This document shows positions 19,104 through 26,394 of a stretch of 36,397 nucleotides of DNA, in pieces. Position 1 is the first letter of the stretch; each line of letters begins with the position of its first letter. Both the position numbers and the translations under genes were made by a program. Source of the stretch: an uncultured Lachnospiraceae bacterium (GTDB taxonomy: Bacteria; Bacillota; Clostridia; Oscillospirales; CAG-272); contig CAYRQA010000002.1 of the NCBI GenBank assembly GCA_964426285.1, positions 1 through 36,397 on the forward strand, in the 5' to 3' direction. The notes below the pieces were generated by a model. It did no database searches. It saw only the letters and a program-made list of their open reading frames with translations, and was not told the origin of the DNA.

Positions 19104-19863
19104 TCAAACCACCTCGACACTCGGTTTGATCCACTCGACCGAATCCTTCGGTCTTGTGGACGGACCGGGTGTCCGTTTTGTCATATTCCTGCAAGGCTGC
19201 CCCATGCGCTGCCGCTTCTGCCACAATCCCGACACTTGGGAGATCGCGGGGGGCGAGCAGGTTTCCGCCGACGATCTCCTCCAAAAGGCACTGCGCTACC
19301 GCAGTTATTGGAAGGATAACGGCGGCATCACCGTCACCGGCGGCGAACCCATGGTGCAAATGGATTTTCTGACCGAGCTGTTCACACTCGCAAAAGCAGA
19401 AGGTGTCCACACGACGCTCGACACTTCGGGTGTACTCTTCACACTCGAAGGCGCTGTTTTTGAGAAGATCCAAAAGCTGCTGGCAGTCACCGACCTCGTC
19501 ATGCTCGACGTCAAGCACATTGACGACGATGCGCACCGCGATCTCACCGCTCACTCGAACAAGCACATCCTCGACTTTGCCCGCTACCTCGACGAGATCG
19601 GCAAGCCTGTCTGGATCCGCCACGTCCTCGTGCCCGGCATCAATGACAAGGACGAACAACTCACCCGACTTTCCGACTTCGTTGCCTCTCTCTCAAACGT
19701 GAAACGCTTCGAAGTCCTCCCCTACCATACCCTCGGCGTGCCTAAGTGGGAAAAGCTCGGCATCGACTACTCCCTCAAGGACGTCGATCCCCCTTCCAAG
19801 GAACTGGTCGACCACGCCAACACCCTCCTCCGCACCGCCGAGTACACGGGGTATTTAGGTTAG
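19090..19863 (+). CDS. pflA: Pyruvate formate-lyase activating enzyme (radical SAM)
   Basis: [37 protein letters not shown] contains the CxxxCxxC cluster motif. The start is uncertain. I chose the ATG at 19090, which overlaps the pflB end by 14 nt and has a weak SD. The ORF track begins at 19054. Confidence 0.88.
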   Translation: MQACNQTTSTLGLIHSTESFGLVDGPGVRFVIFLQGCPMRCRFCHNPDTWEIAGGEQVSADDLLQKALRYRSYWKDNGGITVTGGEPMVQMDFLTELFTLAKAEGVHTTLDTSGVLFTLEGAVFEKIQKLLAVTDLVMLDVKHIDDDAHRDLTAHSNKHILDFARYLDEIGKPVWIRHVLVPGINDKDEQLTRLSDFVASLSNVKRFEVLPYHTLGVPKWEKLGIDYSLKDVDPPSKELVDHANTLLRTAEYTGYLG

Positions 19864-20125
19864 TTTTTTGCCGTTTTCTTGAAATGAAAGCATGACTTCG
19901 ACTTTGTCGAAGTCGGCAAAGAGCTTTTGAATAGCCGTGCGAATACTCGCACGGCACATAATGCGATACCCTCCGAATGAAAGATTACAGAAATCTAACA
20001 TTCGGAGGGTATTTGTATTCGTGCAGGGCAAGTATTTGCCCTGCATTATAAAGTTTTAGGGGATTCTTAAGGACCCTTTTTTCAAAAGGGTCCTCAAGCG
20101 GAGCTCGAGGCGGAGCCTCGAACCG
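19864..20125. repeat. Composite hairpin-repeat array: a 5'-truncated family 1 copy (19869-19956), a family 2 copy (20050-20098) and further perfect hairpins
   Basis: GACTTCGAC-ttt-GTCGAAGTC; CCGTGCG-aatact-CGCACGG; a 14-bp stem ATACCCTCCGAATG...CATTCGGAGGGTAT (19966-20012); TGCAGGGCAA-gtat-TTGCCCTGCA; GGACCCTTTT-ttc-AAAAGGGTCC. Confidence 0.75.
19966..20020 (+). terminator. Possible pflA terminator: a 14-bp stem hairpin with a weak T-tract
   Basis: Perfect 14-bp stem with a 19-nt loop, followed by TTGTATT. It lies about 100 nt after the pflA stop codon. Confidence 0.4.
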
Positions 20126-22749
20126 TTATCTCCCTAACTTACGCTGAATGAGTTTGATGAGTTCGACGATGGGGAGGATGAGGAGGGCGAGACCGAGAGC
20201 GACGGCATACTCAAGCAGAGAGATCGTGCCGAAGCCAAAGAGTGCGGAAACGAGCGGGATGAAGATGACAGCGGCGGTGAGGACGAGGGAGATACCCATC
20301 GAAGCCCAGAGCAGCTTGTTGTGGCTCTTCATGGTGAAGACAGAGGAACGGCGCGAGCGCATATTGAAGGAGTGAACGATCTGGATCATCGAAAGGGTGA
20401 GGAATGCCATGGTCGTGCCGTCGTGGCTGTTGGTGATCTCCCAGACGCCCGACTCGATGAAGTGACCGATAAAGTAGCTCGCCAGCGTGATCGCCGTGAC
20501 GACCGCACCTTGCGTAACGATGTCACAAAACATACCGCCTGCAAAAATACCTTCCTTAGGGTCGCGAGGACTACGCTTCATCAGATCGCCTTCGGCTTTT
20601 TCGACGCCGAGTGCGACGGCGGGCAGACAGTCGGTGATGAGGTTGATCCAAAGCAGGTGAACAGGCTCGAGGATGGTGAACCCGAGGAGGGTCGCGACGA
20701 GAATCGCGAGCACTTCTGCAAGGTTCGCCGCGAGCAGGAACTGGATCGACTTGCGGATGTTGTCGTAGATGCGGTGGCCTTCCTCGACTGCCGTCACGAT
20801 CGTCGCGAAGTTGTCGTCGGCAAGCACCATGTCAGCGACGTTCTTGGTCACGTCGGTGCCCGTGATGCCCATACCGACACCGATGTCGGCATTCTTGATC
20901 GAAGGCGCATCGTTTACGCCATCGCCCGTCATTGCGGTGATCTTGCCCTTTTTGCGCCATACATTCACAATGCGTACCTTGTGTTCGGGCTGAACACGCG
21001 CGTAAACTGAGTATTTTTCGACGTTTTCGTCGAGTTCTTCATCGGAGATCGTGTCAAGCTGAGCGCCCGTGATTGCCTCGTCGGCGCTCTTGAGGATGCC
21101 GAGCTGTTTGCCGATCGCGGCGGCGTTGTCCTTGTGGTCGCCCGTGATCATCACGGGTCGGATGCCCGCCTTCTTGCATTCGCCGATTGCCACCTTGACC
21201 TCGGGACGGATGGGTCCATGAGCCGAGCCAGTCCGATGAAGATGAGGTCGTGCTCGAGCGCCTCGGTCGTGATGACTGCAGGGAGCGCATCATGCTCTAC
21301 ATATGCGGCAGCGATCACACGGAGCGTCTGATCGGCGAGCCGCTTGTTCTCGGCAACGTACTTTGCACGGAGTCCTTCGGTCATCGGTACGACCGTATCA
21401 CCCTCCTTAACATACGCACAGCGCGAGAGGATCACGTCGGGCGCACCCGAGGTGTGCTGGATAATGCTGCCTTCAGGCAGCTTGTGGAGGGTCGTCATCA
21501 TCTTGCGGTCGGAATCGAAGGGCAACTCGCCCACTCTGGGGAAGCGGGCGTTCAGCTCGCCCTTGGGAAGCCCCATGTCTGCCGCCCAGTCAACGACCGC
21601 GCACTGGGTCGGCTCGCCGACCGCTCTGCCGCTCTCGTCGGGCGATGCGTCGGTGCAGAGCAAGAAGGAGGTCGCGACTTCCTTCTCGTCAGCCGCACAG
21701 GAAGCTTCGATGACCGTCATGCGGTTCTGCGCCAGCGTGCCCGTTTTGTCCGAGCAGATGACCTGCGTACAGCCGAGCGTTTCGACCGCCGTCATCTTGC
21801 GGATGATGGCGTTTTTCTTCGACATATTGGTGACACCCATCGAGAGCACGATGGTCACGACCGTCGCCAGTCCTTCGGAAATGGCGGCGACCGCCAGCGA
21901 AACGGCTACCATGAACCAATCGAGCAGGTTCACAAAGCTGAGATCGGGCAGACTGCGCAGGACGCCGACCGCCATGATGACGGCGCAGATGCCGAGAACG
22001 AGAAAGCTGAGAATCTTCGAGAGTTGATTGAGCTTCTTCTGAAGAGGAGTGTCACCCTCCTTGGACGCCGAGAGCGTGTCCGCGATCTTTGCCCGTCTCG
22101 GTCTGCATACCGGTCGCGAGCACAACTTCCTTGCCTCTGCCGTATGCGACACTGCTGCCCATATAGACCATGTTGGTGCGGTCGCCGAGCGGAACTTCCT
22201 TGCACGCATCGAGCGCATCGACCTGCTTGGTGACGGGGACAGATTCAACCGTGAGCGCCACTTCCTCGATTTTCAGCGATGCCGCTTCGATCAGTCGACC
22301 GTCAGCGGGCACTGCGTCGCCCGCTTCAAGCAGAATAATGTCACCCGGCACGAGTTCTTCGCTCTTCACCACCATTTGCGCCCCATTTCGGAGCACTTTT
22401 GAGGTCGCGGCGGACACATTTCCTGCAATGCTTCGATCGCCTTGTCAGCCTTCGATTCCTGCACCACGCCAAGCACGGCGTTGATGAGTACGACCGCCAA
22501 AATGATGAAGACGTCGGCGAGGGATTCACCCGAGATGCCGGATACTGTGGCGGCAACGAGCAGGATGATAGTCATCGGATCGGCGAGTTCCTTCAAAAAG
22601 CGCACGATCAGCGGTGTCTTCTTGCCCTCGTCGAGCTTGTTTTTACCGAATTTCTCCTGTCTCACCTTGGCTTCCTCGTGTGAAAGTCCGTTTTCGGTGA
22701 CTTCCTGGTTTTTGAGGACTTCTTCCGAAGTCAGATAGTATGACTGCAT
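20126..22749 (-). pseudogene. P2-type (Ca2+/Mn2+-type) cation-transporting P-type ATPase, disrupted by three frameshifts
   Basis: Four consecutive ORF pieces (22749-22366, 22417-22052, 22248-21151, 21193-20126) together reconstitute one ATPase: N-terminal cation-ATPase domain, CSDKTGTL, MITGDH, TGDGVNDAP. The indels sit at about 22412-22419 (+2), 22084-22093 (+1) and 21197-21207 (-1). The span is 2624 nt, which is 2 mod 3, matching the net indel of +2. The start ATG at 22749 has a GGGGAG RBS. Confidence 0.85.
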
Positions 22750-22905
22750 TTCATACTCCCCTTTCAAAATGTGGTCGGTTGCAAACAAAAAGACCCTTGC
22801 ATAGCAAACCGCCATACAAGAGTCTCATTCATTAAAGGCAAACCAGACCTTCGTCTTGCTGTTGAGTTGCCTCGCAACCGTTCTGCGGAATTACTCCCTC
22901 ATGTG
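22750..22905 (-). promoter_or_regulatory. Structured ~155-nt 5' leader of the ATPase gene; candidate riboswitch/attenuator with weak resemblance to yybP-ykoY
   Basis: Minus-strand RNA contains GAGGGAGUAA, hairpins CCG-cagaa-CGG and GUUGC-gag-GCAAC, and CAGCAAGAC, followed by an intrinsic terminator about 25 nt before the RBS. Confidence 0.35.
22781..22825 (-). terminator. Intrinsic terminator inside the ATPase leader
   Basis: Minus strand: AGACUCUUG-(17-nt loop)-CAAGGGUCU (9 bp, one G.U pair), followed by UUUUUGUUUG. It ends about 25 nt upstream of the ATPase SD. Confidence 0.6.
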
Positions 22906-22911
22906 ATGTAT

Positions 22912-22940
22912 ATCATGGCATCATTGGCAGAAATAGTCAA
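22912..22940 (-). promoter_or_regulatory. Candidate promoter for the ATPase leader
   Basis: Minus strand: TTGACT (22940-22935), 17-nt spacer ending in TGC (extended -10), CATGAT (22917-22912). Confidence 0.4.
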
Positions 22941-22955
22941 TAGGTGAGCACTATT

Positions 22956-23780
22956 TTACAGAATGTTCACATTTTCATCCAGCAATCGCTCGATTAGCGC
23001 CGCAACGCCGTCTTCGTCGCAGGAAAGTGTCACATAGTCGGCGGCTTCCTTCACGGGCGGATGCGCATTTGCCATTGCAACGCCAAGCCCTGCCCAACGG
23101 ATCATCGAAATATCGTTGTAGCCGTCTCCGCAGCAGATCACGTCATCTCTTTCAATGCAGAGCATAGGAATGAACTCGTCGAGCGCCGACGCTTTATCGA
23201 CGTTCAGCGGCATGACCTCGATGAAAAAGGGTTCGGAGCGGTAAACGCTGACACGACCTTCGGTAAGTACGGCGATCTCCTTTTCGTAGCCTTCAGCAAC
23301 CAACGGTTCTGCGGTCAGCAGGCACTTATGCACGGCAAAATCGATGTATTCAGCAAAATCGGAACGGTGTACGAGGTTCATGTGGTTGATCGTGACCGCT
23401 TCGAGCTTGATGTATTCATCGGGTTCGAACGCTGAGAGCACCGTATCGCCCTCGTAGGAGATCAGCCCCACCTTGTCGTGCGCACCTGCATAGTTTGCGA
23501 GCAGTGCGGGCAGATCGGGCGGCAGTATTTTCCCGCAAATGAGCTCACCGCTGAGCGCATCGGTGATGCAGGCGCCGTTATAGGAGAGGATATAGCCGCC
23601 TTTTTCGGACATCGAGAGCGCATTAGCGATCTGGCGAACGCCCGCGGTCGGGCGACCCGTCGCAATGGCGAGCAGATTGCCCGCATCACGCCAGCGATCG
23701 ATCGCCGACAAGGTGGCAGGGGTGATCTCCTTCTTTGAATTGACGAGCGTTCCGTCAATGTCGAGTACCAACAGTTTCAT
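22956..23780 (-). CDS. Cof-type HAD-IIB family hydrolase (sugar-phosphate phosphatase-like)
   Basis: The start was moved to the ATG at 23780 (MKLLVLDIDGTLVNS, HAD motif I DxDGT). The C-terminal GDGYNDISM is motif IV. AAAGGACG RBS. Confidence 0.88.
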   Translation of the reverse strand: MKLLVLDIDGTLVNSKKEITPATLSAIDRWRDAGNLLAIATGRPTAGVRQIANALSMSEKGGYILSYNGACITDALSGELICGKILPPDLPALLANYAGAHDKVGLISYEGDTVLSAFEPDEYIKLEAVTINHMNLVHRSDFAEYIDFAVHKCLLTAEPLVAEGYEKEIAVLTEGRVSVYRSEPFFIEVMPLNVDKASALDEFIPMLCIERDDVICCGDGYNDISMIRWAGLGVAMANAHPPVKEAADYVTLSCDEDGVAALIERLLDENVNIL

Positions 23781-23827
23781 AATCGTCCTTTCGTCCTTTT
23801 GCCGACCTGCGGTCGACACTTGTTTTC

Positions 23828-23861
23828 TGAAAAAAAGAAAAGCCGCTGACCGCGACTTTTC
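23828..23861 (-). terminator. Rho-independent terminator directly after tRNA-Thr
   Basis: Minus strand: GAAAAGUCGC-gguca-GCGGCUUUUC (10 bp, one G.U pair), followed by U7. Confidence 0.75.
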
Positions 23862-23937
23862 TGGAGCTAATGATGTGACTCGAACACACGACCTGCTGAT
23901 TACGAATCAGCTGCACTACCGACTGTGCTACATTAGC
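23862..23937 (-). tRNA. tRNA-Thr (anticodon CGU), 76 nt with encoded CCA
   Basis: Cloverleaf folded by hand. Acceptor GCTAATG/CATTAGC, D stem GCAC/GTGC, anticodon stem GCTGA/TCAGC with loop TTCGTAA (U33, anticodon CGT, A37), T stem GTGTG/CACAT with loop TTCGAGT, discriminator T, then CCA. Confidence 0.9.
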
Positions 23938-23959
23938 ATCTAACTCATTGAACTTCATT

Positions 23960-23988
23960 ATTATAACACATTTATCCCCGTTTGTCAA
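23960..23988 (-). promoter_or_regulatory. Consensus sigma-A promoter of tRNA-Thr
   Basis: Minus strand: TTGACA (23988-23983), 17-nt spacer ending in TGT, TATAAT (23965-23960). It lies about 22 nt upstream of the mature tRNA 5' end. Confidence 0.7.
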
Positions 23989-24006
23989 GTTTTTTTCATC
24001 TATTCG

Positions 24007-24035
24007 TTGCATTTTTTGCGCATCTATGATAAAAT
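24007..24035 (+). promoter_or_regulatory. Candidate sigma-A promoter of rsmA
   Basis: TTGCAT (24007-24012), 17-nt spacer with TGA (extended -10), TAAAAT (24030-24035). Confidence 0.55.
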
Positions 24036-24067
24036 GGTAGCAGAACACAGCAAAGGAAGGCTTACAC

Positions 24068-24943
24068 ATGAAACTTACCGACCCGTCGGTCATTCGCTCG
24101 CTGCTCGGCGAGGAGGATACGTCGTTTAAAAAGAAATTCGGGCAAAACTTTCTCATCAATTCATCAGTCGTCGAACGGATCGCGGCATCCTGCGCCGAAG
24201 CGAGCAGTGATCCGAGCGAAAAGTTAGGCGTGCTCGAGATCGGTCCGGGCATCGGAACGCTCACGAATGAGCTTGCCAAGGTTACGGACAAGGTGGTCGC
24301 CGTCGAGATCGACGACACGCTCATCCCCATTTTAGCCAAAACACTTGCCGAATATTCGAACGTAACGGTCATTCACAACGACGTGATGAAAACCGACCTC
24401 GCGACACTGGTTGCCGAGCACTTTGCCGACTGCGACCGTATCGCGGTCTGCGCCAACCTTCCTTATTACATCACCACGCCCATTCTGATGGCGCTCCTCG
24501 AATCGAAGCTCCCCTTCACTACCATCACTGTCATGGTGCAGAAGGAGGTCGCCGAGCGCCTGTCGTCGAAGGCAGGCGATGGTGAATACGGTGCGATCAC
24601 CGCAACGCTCTCCTATTACGGCAGTGTCAAGCGGCTCTTTACCGTTCACGCAGGCAGTTTTATGCCCGCGCCCAAAGTGGACAGCGCAGTCATTCAGATC
24701 GCGCTCTACAAGAAGCCTCCCGTGCAAGTAAAAAGCGAAAAACTGCTCTTCGACGTGATCAAGGCGGCATTCGGACAGCGGCGAAAGACGCTGGTCAATG
24801 CGCTCTCGACTGCATTCCCGAAATTCTCGAAAGCCGAGCTGACCGAGCTTGTGGTTTCCTGCGGATTCCCCCCCACCGTTCGTGGAGAAAAGCTCTCGCT
24901 TGAGCAGTTCGCGACACTCGCGGATCAGATCGGCGATAGATAA
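24068..24943 (+). CDS. rsmA: 16S rRNA (adenine1518/1519-N6)-dimethyltransferase
   Basis: 291 aa. N-terminal KKKFGQNFL signature, SAM-binding LEIGPGIGTLT, and NLPYYITTPIL. Confidence 0.95.
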   Translation: MKLTDPSVIRSLLGEEDTSFKKKFGQNFLINSSVVERIAASCAEASSDPSEKLGVLEIGPGIGTLTNELAKVTDKVVAVEIDDTLIPILAKTLAEYSNVTVIHNDVMKTDLATLVAEHFADCDRIAVCANLPYYITTPILMALLESKLPFTTITVMVQKEVAERLSSKAGDGEYGAITATLSYYGSVKRLFTVHAGSFMPAPKVDSAVIQIALYKKPPVQVKSEKLLFDVIKAAFGQRRKTLVNALSTAFPKFSKAELTELVVSCGFPPTVRGEKLSLEQFATLADQIGDR

Positions 24944-24950
24944 GGTACGT

Positions 24951-25003
24951 TAAGGGGAACTTCTTGAAAGAAGTCCCCCTTAAAATCCCCTCAAGAACTT
25001 TTC
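24951..25003. repeat. Intergenic hairpin repeat, family 2 copy (inverted orientation)
   Basis: The reverse complement of AAGGGGAACTTCTTGAAAGAAGTCCCCCTTAAAATCCCCTCAAGAACTTTT is about 90% identical to 31343-31397. Confidence 0.75.
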
Positions 25004-25038
25004 GAATGCGACAAACGCTTGCCGCATTTGGAATTTGC

Positions 25039-25067
25039 AAAAAGGCTACCGTATTGCTACGGTAGCC
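25039..25067 (-). terminator. Rho-independent terminator of surface-protein paralog 1
   Basis: Perfect 10-bp stem GGCTACCGTA-ttgc-TACGGTAGCC, followed on the minus strand by U5. A homolog lies at 26329-26358. Confidence 0.8.
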
Positions 25068-25105
25068 TTTGATTGGTTATGAATCAATGATCTGTTAATC
25101 GTTGA

Positions 25106-26161
25106 TTAGCAAGCGGTTCTCTTCTTGGAGATAACTGCTACACCTGCAAGTGCGATCACTGCGATTACAACTGCGAATACAGTAGCATCACCGGTCTTGG
25201 AGGGCTCGTCGTCAGTGGTCTCGCCGCCGGTTTCGCCGCCGGTTTCGCCGCCGGTCTCGCCGCCGGTTTCGCCACCGGTTTCGCCGCCGGTTTCGCCACC
25301 GGTTTCGCCACCGGTTTCGCCGCCGGTTTCGCCACCGGTTTCGCCGCCGGTCACCTCGGTCACTGTGAAGCCGTCTGCCAGCTCAACGCTGGTGTCTGCA
25401 GCTACGCTGCCAACGAGGTGATCAGCATCAGCGGTAAAGCCTTCAACTCCGTTCACGGTCAGACCGGAAACTGCAACGGAAGTGGGTGCGATAACTGCAT
25501 CATTTGCAATAGTACCAACCAGAATACCAACGTTGGTGGGATCGGTCAGGTTCAGAGTTACGTCCTTCGCGGAGAGCGAGATGGACTTTTCAGCGTTCGC
25601 CCAGTCAAAGTATCCGATGGCGATGCCTACATTTGCGGACTGAGCAGTGGTGGTGTTGATGGTAACGTTTTCAACGGTGATGTTGTCAACATAACCACGG
25701 TCGCAGTTACCGACAACTGCGCCGACCTTGGTTGCATGGGTGGTCAGCGTGCAATCCTTGAGCACGAGATTGACCACTGCGCCGCGACTGCCTGCGTAGT
25801 TGCCGAGCCAGCTAACGATCAGAGCGACCTGAGAATTGTTGCCCGAATCGAGGTTGATACCCGAAACGGTGTGACCCTGGAAGTCAATGGTGACCGCGCT
25901 GACACGGGAGAGGGGTGTGTATTCCTTGCCGGTAAAGTCAAGGTCGCAATTGATCTTGACCGTGCTGCCGTTGGGGACAACCGAGCCGTGATCTTCGCTG
26001 TCGGGGATCGCATTCATTGCTGCAATGAACGCCAGATATTCGTCAACCGAATCGATTTCGTTGAAATCGGTCTTCTCAGCTTCGTCAGCAAAGAGTGCCA
26101 TAGCGGGAGCCATGCAGAAAATCATGGCACATACCAAAAGGATAGATAAAAATTTCTTCAT
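25106..26161 (-). CDS. Secreted, C-terminally anchored surface protein: one GLUG-like beta-helix module, a (GGET)11 linker and a sortase-signal-like tail
   Basis: Signal peptide MKKFLSILLVCAMIFCMAPAMALFA. Module motifs DLDFTGKEYTP..IDFQGHTVSGINL..VGAVVGNCDRGYVDNITVENVTI. Tail PSKTGD plus a hydrophobic helix plus KKRTAC. GGAGGA RBS. Confidence 0.85.
   Translation of the reverse strand: MKKFLSILLVCAMIFCMAPAMALFADEAEKTDFNEIDSVDEYLAFIAAMNAIPDSEDHGSVVPNGSTVKINCDLDFTGKEYTPLSRVSAVTIDFQGHTVSGINLDSGNNSQVALIVSWLGNYAGSRGAVVNLVLKDCTLTTHATKVGAVVGNCDRGYVDNITVENVTINTTTAQSANVGIAIGYFDWANAEKSISLSAKDVTLNLTDPTNVGILVGTIANDAVIAPTSVAVSGLTVNGVEGFTADADHLVGSVAADTSVELADGFTVTEVTGGETGGETGGETGGETGGETGGETGGETGGETGGETGGETGGETTDDEPSKTGDATVFAVVIAVIALAGVAVISKKRTAC
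25217..25348 (-). repeat. Coding 12-nt tandem repeat x11, encoding (GGET)11
   Basis: GGT(T/C)TCGCC(G/A)CC units read directly. They are in frame within the CDS 25106-26161. Confidence 0.9.
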
Positions 26162-26209
26162 TTGTTTGTTTCCTCCTAAATGTAAATTTCAAACGAAGTT
26201 TGTATACTG

Positions 26210-26238
26210 ATTATACCTTATTTTTCATAGAATGTCAA
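26210..26238 (-). promoter_or_regulatory. Consensus sigma-A promoter of surface-protein paralog 1
   Basis: Minus strand: TTGACA (26238-26233), 17-nt spacer, TATAAT (26215-26210). Confidence 0.7.
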
Positions 26239-26328
26239 TAGTTTGTTCAAATCTAGTTGCACAAAATTTGTGCAGGTTTGTTGTGAACAATGACAATATT
26301 TAAGTTGTTTTCAGACAATATGCTACAC

Positions 26329-26358
26329 AAAAAAGGCCGCCGTATTGCTACGGCAGCC
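26329..26358 (-). terminator. Rho-independent terminator of surface-protein paralog 2
   Basis: GGCUGCCGUA-gcaa-UACGGCGGCC on the minus strand (one G.U pair), followed by U6. Confidence 0.8.
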
Positions 26359-26394
26359 TTTGACTTTATGAATCAATGATATGTCAATCGTTGA

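Noticed and set aside
21197-22419. Programmed ribosomal frameshifting or simple sequencing error as the explanation for the split ATPase
   Set aside because: There are three independent indels of different sign and no slippery heptamers. There are also substitutions in the TGES, PEGL and DKTGTLT motifs. Together these fit pseudogenisation better. Sequencing error cannot be fully excluded without reads.
25217-25348. Regular 12-nt repeat array that could be mistaken for a CRISPR-like or satellite array
   Set aside because: The units are contiguous with no spacers, are only 12 nt long, and lie in frame inside a CDS encoding (GGET)11. This is a coding low-complexity linker, not CRISPR.
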